A DNA stretch of 64,000 bases from Dendrobates tinctorius (lineage: Eukaryota). Positions 12,101 to 24,409 of this stretch are shown here, in pieces. The stretch lies in the NCBI RefSeq assembly GCF_039654945.1, contig NW_027361696.1, positions 14,570,001-14,634,000 on the forward strand, written 5' to 3'. The notes beneath the pieces are model-generated. The model worked only from the letters and a program-made list of their open reading frames with translations, had not been told where the DNA came from and did not search any database. Both the position numbers and the translations under genes were made by a program. Numbering within the stretch: the first letter of the stretch is position 1; each line of letters opens with the position of its first letter.

Positions 12101-13338
12101 TACCATCCTACAGCGTACCATACCTAAAACATCTCTAAACCCCTAAGACCAGGATATGTGCATCCAGATCTGCTCTTCTGTGCAGGACTACTCAGAAATT
12201 CACCATTTTGAGATGTACTCTTCATACCTGTTTGCTTTGCTAGACCTGGACCCAATGCATCAAGCAGGCAGACAGTTGCGAGCCACAATTCATGAGACTG
12301 CGAGCCACATGTGCCTCCCGAGCTACAGGTTGGGGACCCCTGATCTAAAATATCCCTGCGCTGATTCTGAGCATAAAGAAACTACTAGTCAAGCTGCTGC
12401 ACTCCAGAAAGTCAGACGTGCGACACTTGTACACTGGGACAGACTCTGCTCACAGCAGCATTTATCTCTTCCAGGAAATAGATCGACGGTTAGAGAAGAA
12501 GCTGCGGATAACAGAGAGGGAGAGGTAAGAGCCGAGTGTGTGCGGTGTACAGTCACTGCACCAGCAGAATAGTGAGCTGAGCTCTGGAGTATAATCCAGG
12601 ATGTGACTTATTGGGATCAGTGTCTTGCACACACTAGTGATACTCTGACTGCTTCTCCTGGCAGCCAGTTGGGTCAGGCTTATAGAGAAGTGTTGTCTTG
12701 TCCTCCAGACTTGCTAGGTGTTGTGCTGTCAGTCCGGGGGTGCAAGGCCTTCATTTGGAGACTTTCTAAGTCTTTATATTCTCATTGTTTGTTCAGCAGG
12801 AAATCCAAGTCTCCTCCCAAAACTCCAGTGGTCATTCAGGACGACTCTCTCCCGGCTGGTCCTCCCCCGCAGATCAGGATCCTGAAGAGGCCTACAAGCA
12901 ACGGATTGTCCAGTAACCCCAATGCCAGCAGCCGGCCAACTGTTCCTTTGAAGTCCTTGGCTCAGAGGGAGGCGGAGTACGCAGAGGCCAGGAAACGTAT
13001 CCTTGGCTGTGCCAGTCCGGAGGAGGAACCAGAGAAGCCAATAGTGGACCGGTGAGTGGTCCCGAGGCAGCGCTGCCACCATTCGTGGCCTACAGTCTGC
13101 AGACCTGGCCGCACATTAAACGGCTCATTAGCTCCACAGACCGTTAGCTTCTCGGACTGCCCCTCCAGTGAATCTGACTCCTCACTGATGGTATTATGGA
13201 CGACGGGCTGACGTTCACCCTTTTGTGTCTTTCAGGCCTGTACGGATCAATCAGTCAGAGGACAGCAGACCATCTAATGATGTTATCCGGCAGCCGCTGG
13301 GTCCAGACGGGTCACAGGGTTTCAAACAGCGCAGATAG
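6112..13338 (+). CDS. SZRD1: SUZ RNA-binding domain-containing protein 1; join(6112..6162,12475..12524,12797..13051,13236..13338), 152 aa
   Basis: 459 nt in frame; [42 protein letters not shown]...QIRILKRP...[19 protein letters not shown] (SUZ)...[18 protein letters not shown] (SUZ-C); all GT-AG. Confidence 0.97.
6716..10130. repeat. GC-rich ~44-bp minisatellite in SZRD1 intron 1, about 75-80 copies
   Basis: Unit CCGGCGGTGTCTGCTGTGGCGGTGCGCTCCTTCTCCTCCTCCCT with a variable (CTC)n tract. Confidence 0.97.
10590..11381. mobile_element. Diverged TTAA-flanked palindromic MITE (T2/Kolobok-like)
   Basis: TTAA at 10586-10589 and 11382-11385; long imperfect inverted arms (TGTATGACCTATTGATATGGACA vs TGTCCATATTAATAGGTCATACA). 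Confidence 0.7.
11483..11827. mobile_element. PIF/Harbinger-type MITE
   Basis: TAA on both sides; TIRs GGCTAGGTTCACATTAGCGTT / AACGCTAATGTGAACCCGG; palindromic body. Confidence 0.75.
12475..12524 (+). CDS. SZRD1: SZRD1 exon 2
   Basis: ttccag acceptor, [16 protein letters not shown], donor GTAAGA. Confidence 0.95.
12797..13051 (+). CDS. SZRD1: SZRD1 exon 3 (SUZ domain)
   Basis: CAGCAG acceptor, RKSKSPPK...EKPIVDR, donor GTGAGT. Confidence 0.95.
13236..13338 (+). CDS. SZRD1: SZRD1 exon 4 (SUZ-C, stop)
   Basis: ttcag acceptor, [33 protein letters not shown]. Confidence 0.95.
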
Positions 13339-13981
13339 ATGTACCTGAAGAATGCCGCCATGGGCCACACCGGCCCGTCACACCAATGGACACGAGCAGA
13401 GGGAGTCGCCTCATTTACTTGCACTTTGACCTTTTGCTCCGCCCACTGTGACCTTAAACCCCGTGCACTGTGACCCCCTTTCCGCCACCCCTGTAGCTCC
13501 GACCACTGTGACCGGCACATCGCCACACGCTGCCCAAGGTCTTATCACAAGGGCAAGGGTGTGCATGTGCATTAGATAGGTGGGCAGGGAGCGGGCAGAG
13601 TTGGGGGCGCCCCGTGCCTGCAACTGCCTCTTCTATGGAAGTTACCGCCAGCAATAACGTTCTGTCAGTCCTGTCTGTAGGGGCGTGGGACTTGTGTCCC
13701 CTCCCCTCATCATGAGTTTCCTTTGAGTGCATGTCTGCCTCCTCGCTGCTGAGGATGTTCTCGGTGAGGACCGGGGCCCCTTTCCTCAGGTGTCGTGTGC
13801 ATGAGCCAGTTTTAACTATGAGATTATTTTAGCAGAGCGAATTTCTAGTATTATGGAGCGGCTGCCATTGCAGTGTGTATCGGGCGCGTTCAGTGCTTAG
13901 TACTGCATGGTTAGCCTGTGGCCTGTTGCAGTGAGGGGTTAATGCCTGTGCTGTCCCGAGAGCACAAGGAGATGTGGAAGA

Positions 13982-14012
<31 letters not shown>

Positions 14013-14765
14013 TTTTGCACGGTTTAGAGCTGTATTTCCCCCCCGCAGTGACGACGTGGTGGTGCAGCAGACACTTGAAGGCGGTGGATGGTAAGAGAGG
14101 CAGCAGAGGGGTCTTTTTTGGCAGTTTTTGAACGCTGTCTTGGTTTTTGTGCACTGGACTAAACTTGTAGAATCCAGATCCAAACGATGTTCAGAGCAAA
14201 AGTGTATTTCTCTGTCATGTGACTGTGCCGTCTGCTCCCCGTCTTGCGGCGGCCATGTTGTACAGAGGACTCTAAATGTTCTAGGCGGAGGGATAACATA
14301 TTTACGTGCACGGACCGTGCAGCCTCCGGATTGCTGCGCTTTCTTGCTGGTTTGTGTATATATAAATTTTTTTTTTTTTTTTCTTCATTTTGTAATAATC
14401 ATGGGTTTCATGTGAAAGTCCAGGTTCCTGCGATGCCAAAATGCTCCTGTTGGCTGATAAGTGCTTGCTGGGAGCAGGAGCTGAACTGACAAGAGGGAGG
14501 AGCCTTATAGAAGACAAAGCTACTGCACATTCCCCATAGATCATGATCATGGCCTCTAGTACCGGACCCGTCACTGGCAGTGGTGCAGCCAGCCATCAGT
14601 GGGTTAGTAATGGTGCGGTTCTGGACGTGGTCCTCTGCTGCGCCATGTGGGACAGGTCTTCGATTATTACATTTTTGCTCTCCTGGTGTGTGAATGTTTT
14701 AGTAGCTCCTTTATATAAGTCAGATTTGTAACGATGAATTTCGCTGCAGGAGAGACGTCGGCCTT

Positions 14766-14771
14766 AATAAA
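14766..14771 (+). terminator. Candidate SZRD1 polyadenylation signal
   Basis: AATAAA ~1.4 kb after the stop; a second AATAAA at 15510-15515. Confidence 0.5.
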
Positions 14772-17565
14772 GAATGTAAAAAGTCGCCATCCACGGGAGC
14801 GTCTGCCGAGCGTCTCTACCGCGCCGGGGCTTCATCCATGTCTGGTCTTATCCTCTACTCACAAGCAGAGCTGCGGTCACTTTTCTGCTGTTACATCATG
14901 TCTTATCCTCTGCTCACATCCAGGACTGCAGTTATTCTGCTGCAACCCCCTTTGTGTACGGCGACTGCAGGTATTTCATAGTTCCATCTATGATTTGTGC
15001 TGAGCTGACAGACGTGTAGATCCAGGTAGATTGGTTGGGGCTGCTCTGGATGTGACTAGAGTCTAGGACTTGATGGGATCAGTACAGCATAAGTAGAGCG
15101 GGGGATCCTGACACAGGAAGAATTGGTTCTGCCGTGGTTTAACTTTATAGAGGTGGTCCAGGACAGGAATGAATTTCTGCTGTTCTTCCAGCGCCTCATC
15201 TGGCCATGTGTCTTATTGCGGACCTCCTGATGCTCCCGCTCAGACATGATGCAGTCTGTAGATATATACTTCCTGGACAACCCTTTTAATCCCCCACCAT
15301 TGACATTCAGTCTGTCGTACTGGTGCTGTGGTAGTTATGTGCCCGCCTCGTGGTCAGTACGACCCGACTGTCCTGAATCTTCAGTATTGTTGTCAGCTAT
15401 CCTGGTGAGGGGCATTTGTCTTGCGTTCAGTCCTGAACTTCCTGTTTTTCGGGAGGGGCAGCTCTGCTCCTGGCTTAGAAAATCCAGAAGATTAATTTCA
15501 CTCTTTCTAAATAAATGAGTGTTGTGTGATTTCCACTAAGGTCCTCTGCATATAGTTACTGACTGGGGTAAAGGTGTCCAATGGGTGCTTTTGACCGCCT
15601 GCCCGCTGGGTGCTCTTGTCCACCTGCCCGCTGCATCATGAGTACACTGGAGTCCGGGGTGTTCATGAGCTGAACCGTGCCTGCATGTCTCATCCCTAGG
15701 ACCTGTGCTGGGGGCAGACCACAAGATCGGACCCCACGTCTTGGTATCTGCTCGGCGGTAGATATTGCACTAATCTGTCAATATCAAACGATCCAATGTT
15801 GCTCTGATTCATCGCCCATCCTGTTCGTTAGCGGCGCTACAGTTCTGATGCGTGACGAGACTTGGAGGTAAATGATTGCCAGGAGCAGCTTCCTTGTTCC
15901 CATTGATGTACTGTGAGCTGAGTCGCCGTGTGATTGCTCCTGCTCGCCAACTATGTGGGCTGTGTGCACACAGCTTGATGGTTGCTGTGGATTTACCCTT
16001 CAGATCTGTGGCTAGAGAATCCACGTCGTATCCCAGGAGCAGCAATGTGTAGAAAAAGAAACCGTGCTGCTGAGGATCTGCGCAGAAATCCACAAGATGC
16101 AGCGCCATGTCCACCAGTCATTCCTCTGCCTCTCTCCCCGTGGCCATCATCTTGTGCAGTGCTGCTGGAATCCCCTTGCAGATTTGACTGTGGATCTGTA
16201 AAAATGTCAGCAGTGGATTTTCCCGTCCTGGGTGAACGTCTGTGTCAGTATATTTGGAACTCGAGAAGCTGCAGGAAAGGTGAGTGTAAGGTCTGGTGAT
16301 AACTTCACCTCGCTGCGGTGCATGAGCCGCCCGCGTGGGATTGTGTGATCTTATATGTCTCCCTGCTGGGATCCATTCTGTATGTTGTGTTAAGACGCTG
16401 GATGATGCGTTGATGTTTTGGCACGCATTCAGATGCTGAGGTTTTGGCGGTGGGTACACAGTTTTTTCCAAGCCTCGTAGATGAACAGCGCAGGCGAAGA
16501 AACTTGTAATAAAACTGCGAAACCCCTTGGGGTAGATGCACATGGTCAGTAAATGCTGTGGGTTGGAAGCTGTGTACATTCGCACTGTCTAGATGTTACA
16601 GCATAGTGGATGGGATTTCAATGAATCCCATGCCCACTATGTGCACCAACGCCTGGGGATCGTCTGCAGAGACGGACATGTGGCGCTTCTCTGCACATCG
16701 CAGCCTATCTTGCAGAGACGTGAGTCTCCTCAAGATAAATCTCACCCGTGTAATGTATTGGACACGGGGAATCTGCACTGTTTGATGAACACGGAGACGT
16801 GCTGCATCCAAAGCGCTGCCAATTACTGACCATCTGCACATACCCTAAGTGGTGATGGTGCAATGTCTGGATGATCTTTCCTCACCTGCCACCTGGTGTC
16901 CAGCTTTTCCTCCATAGCGTATACAAGTAATGGTGGAAAAGATGGACCCCGCCAGCGAAACTGCCCTGATGTAGGGCAGAGGAACACAGAGTGGCCAGAG
17001 GCGGCGAAACATACTCCTCTATGGCAGAGGACGATTGAGGGATCGGGCCAGTGTAACTGTCCTAATCAGCTGAAGGGACTTGGGCGACGAAACATCCTCA
17101 TCCACAGCATAGGAGCACTGAGTGGCTGGAGGGACCGAGGAGGCGAAATGTAGGAATATAAATCTTAACATGTAATATTTCATTCAAAATAAAGGACACA
17201 ATAAGACACTTTACGGTGAGGTAAAAGTCCAAGATCATTGTAATTTAGGGCGGTAATGAAGTTGGCAAAGGTCTTATTTGTTCCCATCCAGATGACAAAC
17301 ACATCAATATATCTAAGAGTAGTATACAGGTGCTTATCACAAAATTAGAATATCATCAAAAAGTTAATGTCAGTTCTTCAATACAAAAAGTGAAACACGT
17401 TGAATCATTAGTGATCTATTTCTGTTAATGTTGATGATTATGGCTTACAGCCAATGCAACCCCAAAAGTCATTATCTCAGTAAATTTGATTAACAAACTC
17501 GTAAATTAGAATAATTAACAAAACACACCTACAGAGGCTTCCTAAGCCTTTAGACAGGTCCCTTA

Positions 17566-17803
17566 GGCCTGTTTCACACATCCGGTTTTTGGCGTCTGCC
17601 AAAGTGTGAAAAAACGGATCCGTTTCTGTTTTGCCACAAACGGATGCTAACGGATCCGTTTTTTGGACGGATCCGCTTTAGCCACTAATGCAAGTCTATG
17701 GGAAAAAAAACGGATCCGCCAAAAAAAGCGGATCCGTTTTTTCTTTTTTTGGCAAAACGGTGGATTTTGACGGACGTCTAAAAACGGATGTGTGATCCAG
17801 GCC
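17566..17803. mobile_element. PIF/Harbinger-type MITE copy A
   Basis: TTA TSD 17563-17565 / 17804-17806; TIRs GGCCTGTTTCACACATCCG / CGGATGTGTGATCCAGGCC. Confidence 0.88.
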
Positions 17804-17899
17804 TTAATCTGTTTCAGTAGGCTCCACAATCATGGGGAAGACTGCTGACTTGACAGATGTCCAGAAGGCAGTCACTGACATACTCCACGAAGAGGGTAA

Positions 17900-18108
17900 G
17901 GCCTGGATCACACATCCGTTTTTAGACGTACGTCAAAATCCGCCGTTTTGCAAAAAAACGGATCCGCCATTTTTTTGGCGGATCTGTTTTTTTCCCCATA
18001 GACGTGCAATAGTGGCTAAAGCAGATCCGTTAGCATCTGTTTGTGGCAAAACGGATCTGTTTTTTCACACTTTGGTGGACGCAAAAAAACGGATGTGTGA
18101 AACAGGCC
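17900..18108. mobile_element. PIF/Harbinger-type MITE copy B (inverse of copy A)
   Basis: TAA TSD 17897-17899 / 18109-18111; interrupts the Tc1 ORF at EG^KPQK. Confidence 0.88.
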
Positions 18109-18584
18109 TAAGCCTCAAAAGGTCATTTCGAAAGAAGCTGCCTGTGTTCAGAATGCTGTATCCAAGCATATTAATGGAAAGTTGAGTGGTAGGAAAAAGT
18201 GTGGTGGAAAAAGGTGCACAGGCGACCAGGATAACTGCAGCCTTGAAAGGATTGTTAAGAAAAGGCCATGCAAAAATACGGGTGTAAGGTTCACAAGGAG
18301 TGGACTGCTGCTGGAGTCATTGCTTCAAGAGCCACCACACACAGACGTATCCAGTACATGGGCTACAAGTGTCGCATTCCTTGTGTCAAGCCACTCATGA
18401 CCAATAGACAACGCCAGAAGTGTCTTACCTGGGCCAAGGAGAAAAAGAACTGAACTGTTGCTCAGTGGTCCAAGGTGTTGTTTTCAGATCAAAGTAAATT
18501 ATGCATTTCATTTGGAAATCAAGGTCCCAGAGTCTGGAGAAAGGGCGAAGAGGCCACAATCCAAGCTGCTTGAGGTCCAGTGTG

Positions 18585-19490
18585 GAACCAACACACAAGC
18601 AGTCAAGAAGTCCCATAAAATAGAATTGTATTCAATAATGCATTGTAAAAACATGGACACTAAAGTACATGGAAACAGAGGGGAGAGAAAAGAGAGCGTG
18701 CACAAATGGCGTATAAGCAGGATACAACACCCACACAGACCCAGATTTGCCCAACTTATAAAATATCATGGACCGTAAAAAAGTACAACATATATGAAAG
18801 GTCAAGGGGCACATATAGCAGAAACCGGTAGTTGCAATGTTACAGTGACATTTACCATAAGGCAAATATAGAGCAAATGATCATATTCACAATCGGTATC
18901 TAAAGAGCCTTGAATGTATTAACATGGAGCAATCATAAAGCAAGTGCTGATGTCAGATCAAAGATTAAAGGGTCTTTAGCATAAGGCGTTACCTGGGAAC
19001 TCTGGGAGTGGAGTACTGCCGGCCTAACCCCGACACGCGTTTTGGAGCGCTAAGCTCCTTCCTCAGGGATGTCACTGTAAACATTGCAACTACCGGTTTC
19101 TGCTATGTGCCCCTTGACCTTTCATATATGTTGTACTTTTTTACGGTCCATGATATTTTATAAGGTTGGCAAATCTGGGTGTGTGTGGGTGTTGTATCTG
19201 GCTTATATATGCCATTTTTTCACGCTCTCGTTTCTCTCCCCTCTGTTTCCATGTACTTTAGTGTCCATGTTTTTATAATGCACTATTGAATAAAATTCTA
19301 TTTTATGGGACTTCTTGACTGCTTGTGTGTTGGTTGCTCTCTATATGGATTGCAGTTGTCCTCATATGTCCTATATACTAAACTTTTTATGTGGCTTATA
19401 TTCCATGATTCTTTGAATTACTATATTATGTAAGTAATTAGATCTTGATTCCCACATATACCATGTGTACCACAATTGTATTTTACTATT
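18585..19490. mobile_element. Non-coding Penelope-like insertion with inverted arms and hammerhead motif
   Basis: 15-bp TSD TTGAGGTCCAGTGTG (18570-18584, 19491-19505); arms ~18586-18851 and ~19069-19335 inverted; hammerhead motif 19028-19068 on minus. Confidence 0.75.
19028..19068 (-). ncRNA. Minimal type I hammerhead ribozyme motif with G12A change
   Basis: Minus strand CC-CTGAGGA-A-GGAGC-TTAGC-GCTCC-AAAA-CGCGT-GTC-GGGG; GAAA box reads AAAA. Confidence 0.6.
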
Positions 19491-20206
19491 TTGAGGTCCA
19501 GTGTGAAGTTTCCACAATCAGTGATGGTTTGGGGAGCCATGTCATCTGCTGGGGTAGGTCCACTGTGTTTTATCAAAACCAAACAGCGCAGCCGTCTACC
19601 AAGAGATTTTAAGAGCACTTTATGCTTCCCTCTGCCGACAAGCTTTTTGGAGATTGAAATTTCATTCTCCAGCAGGACTTGGCCCCTGTCCACACTGCCA
19701 AAAGTACCAATACCTGGTTTCCAAACAACAGTATCACTGTGCTTGATTGGCCAGCAAACTCAGCTGAACTTAACCTCATAGAGTATCTATGTGGTATTGT
19801 CAAGAGGAAGATGAGAGACACCAGACCCAACAATGCAGACGAGCTGAAGGCTGCTATCAAAGCAACCTGGGCTTCCATAACACCTCAGCAGTGCTACAGG
19901 CTGATCGCCTCCATGCCACGCTGCGTTGATGCAGTAATTGATGCATAAGGAGCCCCGACCAAGTACTGAGTGCATTTACTGAACATACATTTCAGTAGGC
20001 CAACATTTTGGATTTTGCAATCATTTTTTCAAGCTGGTGTTAAAAAGTATTCTAATTTACTAAGTGACTTTTGGGTTTTCATTGGCTGTAAGCCATAATC
20101 ATCAACATTAACAGAAATAAACACTTGAAATAGATCACTCTGTAATGACTCTATATAATGAGTTACACTTTTTCACTTTTTGTATTGAAGAACTGAAATA
20201 AAGTAA

Positions 20207-23200
20207 CCCCTTTACCCCCAAGGGTGGTTTGTACGTTAATGACCGGGCTAATTTTTACAATTCTGACCACTGACCCTTTATAAGGTAATGACTCTGGAAC
20301 TTTTCAATGGATGTTGGCGATTCTGAGAATTTTTTTTTTTTTTGTGACATATTGTACTTCATGTTAGTGGTAAAATTTGATGACTACCGTTTATTTATGA
20401 AAAAAACAGAAATATGGGGCAAATTTTGCAATTTTTAAACTTTGAATTTTTATGCTCTTAACCCCTTAACGACCGCCGATACGCCTTTTAACGGCGGTAA
20501 TTAAGGGTACTTAAACCACAGCGCCGTGAATTCACGGCGCTGTGGAGTAAGTAAATAGCGCCCCCCCCCCAGTTTCGGATTTTCTCCGGGGTCTCGGCTG
20601 CAGGGGGTAGCTGAGACCCCAGGGAACATGAATCGGGTCGGTTTTTGCCGACCCCGCTTTTGCGATCGCCGTTATTAACACTATAACGGCGACCGGAAAA
20701 AAAAAGCCGCGATTTTGCATTTAATTTCTCTTTCCTCTGATGTGATCGCACATCAGAGGAGAGAGAAAGAGGGTCCCCGATTTCCCCCCCCCCCCCCCCC
20801 GGTACCTCAACGTGGTCCAGGGCCCCCTCCCGGTGGTCCTGTGTCCCTCCGGTGGGCGCTGCCATCTTGGATCCGGAGAAAATGGTGGGTGCATGCGCAG
20901 TGCGCCCGCCGGGAATCTGCAGGCTCCGGCTGGCAGATTCCATTCATTCATTTTGATCACTATGATAAACTATCATAGTGATCAAAATAAAAAAAAAAAA
21001 AAGTACATAACCCCCCGTTTATCACCCTTTTGGTTAGGCCAACATAACAAAATAAAGAAAATATTTTTTTTTTTCAGTTTTCCGCTAGGGTTAGAATTAG
21101 GGTTGGGATTAGGGTTAGGGGTGTGTTGGGGTTAGGGTTGGAGCAAGAATTGAGGGATTTCCACTATTTACCAACTTTGGAGGGGTCTAAAAAAAAAAAT
21201 CACTTTTGTGGAAATAAAAAAAGACTTTATTTTCACGGCTTTGCGTTTATAAACTTCTGTGAAGCGCTTGGGGGTTCAAAGTGCTCACCACACATCTAGA
21301 TAAGCTCCTTGGGGGGTCTAACTTCCAAAATGGGGTCACTTGTGGGGGGGGGGGTTTCCACTGTTTAGGTACATCAGGGGCTCTGCAAACGCAACATGAC
21401 GCCCGCAGACCATTCCATCAAAGTCTGCATTCCAAAATGGCACTCCTTCCCTTCCAAGCTCTCCCATGCGCCCAAACAGTGGTTCCCCCCCACATATGGG
21501 GTATCAGTGTACTCAGGACAAATCGCACAACAACTGTGGGGGTATGATTTCTCCTGTTACCCTTGTAAAAATAAAAATTTGGGGGGCGAAAAGATCATTT
21601 TTGTAGAAAAAAATGGATTTTTTATTTTCACGGCTCTACGTTATAAACTTCTGTGAAGCACATGAAGGTTCAAAGTGCTCACCACACATCTACATAAGTT
21701 CCTTAAGGGGTCTAGTTTCCAAAATGGGGTCACTTATTGCAGGTTTCCACTGTTTAGGCACATTAAGGGCTCTCTGAACGCAGCATGGCATCCGATCTCA
21801 ATTCCAGCCAATTCTGCGTTGAAAAAGTCAAACGGCGCTCCATCCCTTGCAAGCTCTGCCGTGTGCTGAAAAAGTGGTTTACCCCCACATATGGGGGATC
21901 GGCGTATTCAGGAGAAATTTTACAACAAATTTTGTTGTTGATTTTCTCTTAACACTTGAGAAAATAAAAAAAATTTCTTCTGAAATAAATTTTTTGCAAA
22001 AAAAGTTTAATGTTAATTTTTTTTCCCTCCACATTGCTTTAGTTCCTGTGAAGCACGTAAAGGTTTAATAAAGTTCTTGAATCTGGTTTTGAGCACCTTG
22101 AGGGGTCTAGTTTTTAGAATGGTGCCACTTTTGGGTATTTTCTGTCATGTACACCCCTCAAAATGACTTTTAATTTGATGTGGTCCCTAAAAAAAATGGT
22201 TTTGTAAATTTTGTCGTAAAAATGAGAAATCGCTCATCAACTTTTAACCCTTATTACTTCCTAACAAAAAAAAAATTTTGCTTCCAAAATTGTGCCGATG
22301 TAAAGTAGACATGTGGGAAATGTTATTTATTAAGAAATTTGTGTGACATCTCTTTGATTTAAGGGCATAAAAATTTAAAGTTTTAAAATTGCAAAATTTT
22401 CACCATATTTCCTTTTTTTTTCATAAATAAACACAAGACTTATCGAAGAAATGTTACCACTATCATGAAATACAATATGTCATGAAAAAACATTCTCAGA
22501 ATCCGCGGGATCCATTAAAGCATTCCAGAGTTATAACCTCATAAAGTGAGTGGTCAGAATTGTAAAAATTGGCCTGGTCATTAAGCTGCAAACTGGCTCC
22601 GTCACTAAGGGGTTAAAACAGAGAAATGTCACACAAGATAGTTAATAAATAACATTTCTCCCATGTCTACTATACAACAATTTTGGAAACCAAATTTTTT
22701 TGTCAGGAAGTTAAAAGTTGACCAGTGATTTCTCATTTTTACAACAAAATTTACAAAACCATTTTTTAAGGGACCGCTTCACATTTGAAGTCACTTTGAA
22801 GGCTCAATATGGCAGAAAATACCCAAAAGTGACACCATTCTAAAAACTGCACCCCTCAAGCTGATCAAAAGCACATTCAAGAAGTTTATTAACCCTTCTG
22901 GTGTTTCACAGGAAAAGAAGCAACGTGGAAGGAAAAAATGAACATTTGACTTTTTAGTCACAAAAATGATCTTTTAGCAACAATTTTTTTCGTTTCACAA
23001 GGGTAAAAGGAGAAAATGGACAAATAAAGTTGTTGTGCAATTTGTCCTGAGTACGTCAACACTCCATATGTGGGGGAAAACCACTGTTTGGGCGCACGGC
23101 AGGACTCTGAAGGGAAGAAGCGCCGTTTGACTTTTTCAAGCCAAAATTGGCTGGAATTGAGATCGGATGCCTTGTCACGTTTGGAGATGTTTTCCACAAA

Positions 23201-23425
23201 CATGATCTTTTAGTCTCCAATTGTTTTTTTATTTTTCCAAGGGTAACAGTAGAAATTAGACCCCAAAAGTTGTTTATCAATTTGTCCTGAGTACGCTAGT
23301 GCCCCATATGTGGGAGAAAACTACTGTTTAGGCACACATTGGGGCTCGAAAAGGAAGTAGGTGACGTTTTGGAATGCAGACTTTGATGGAATGGTCTGCG
23401 GGTATCATGTTCTTTTTGCAGAGTG
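20207..23425. mobile_element. Truncated non-autonomous piggyBac-like (CCCCTT end) element, outer copy
   Basis: Begins CCCCTTTACC inside the Tc1 right TIR; sequence is the reverse complement of the nested copy; right end not found. Confidence 0.65.
20462..22612. mobile_element. Non-autonomous piggyBac-like element, nested copy
   Basis: TTAA 20458-20461 and 22613-22616; ends CCCCTTAACGAC / GTCACTAAGGGG; internal ~390-bp subrepeats; no ORF. Confidence 0.85.
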
Positions 23426-24409
23426 TTTCCACCCACCAGTCTAGGAGCAAGTTAGCATATGATGGGGGCACAGAGGCTCCCCATTGCTGTGTCCCGGAGC
23501 TCATGGAAGTGCTTTCTATGGGAAAAAAAGGCATTTGTAGTCAGGAGGACATCCAGACATTTCAATATGAAATAATTGTGTTATTAAACTGTCAGCGATA
23601 TCCTGCGGTACCCACGTGCCAGAAGTGATGCATGAGGCTCATCGCACTTTGCGGTCCACGGCAATCACCAATGGGGCTTCACTGTGCCTGCGCACCGGAC
23701 ACTGCATCTTAAATTCACTGCATTAGTTCGTGTCTCAGGCCGGTGACATGGTGCCATTGAAAGGGGTGCGTACGGACACTCATTGGAGGCTGACCGGAAC
23801 GAGGGTCTGCATTCCCCGGTGGGCTGCGCTCCCATTTAAATGGACGTTGTATGGGATCTGCACACTACAGGAGGGTTTTGTTTCTGCCCTGACATGTTGA
23901 AGTCCTTTATCCTGTCTGTCATATTGCCTGAGCAGTCCCATGAGGGATTAAATATGTTGGAGGCAATTTTCTTTATCTACTGCCATCCTGGTGGGGGTCC
24001 AAGATGCAGAAATCTACATACCACTGTGATGCTGAGTGTTCCTCAGGATCCCTTACACATAGGTGTCAGAGGGCCAATGTCTGCCTGGACTGGTGAGATT
24101 GTGCCACTGGTGTCTCATGGCTGTAGATCTATTTCTATGACACCCTGTCAGGTGCAGTGTTGTGTGTGTCAGTGGTGCTGACCACAGTAGCCACTTCTGC
24201 TATATAGCCATTCATCTGACCTGCATTGCTTTTAGCCAGTCTGTTTTGAACCTTTTTTAAGAAGTCTCATTGTGTCCTTTATTTTTAATGAAATATGATA
24301 TTACGTGTTCTGTTCCTCCTTCTTTTACCCTTAATCATCATGTGTGGGATCATTATCCTTTACTTTATTTTCCGATCAAAATCAAACGTGCTTTTCTTCT
24401 ATCAGGGTG

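Larger units (their letters stand above)
17327..20206 (+). mobile_element. Defective Tc1 (DD34E-type) transposon with nested insertions
   Basis: TA then CAGGTGCTTATCACAAAATTAGAATATC; frameshifted transposase MGKTADLT...SVKFPQSVMVWGAMS...LDWPANS; right TIR cut by a TTAA element. Confidence 0.9.
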
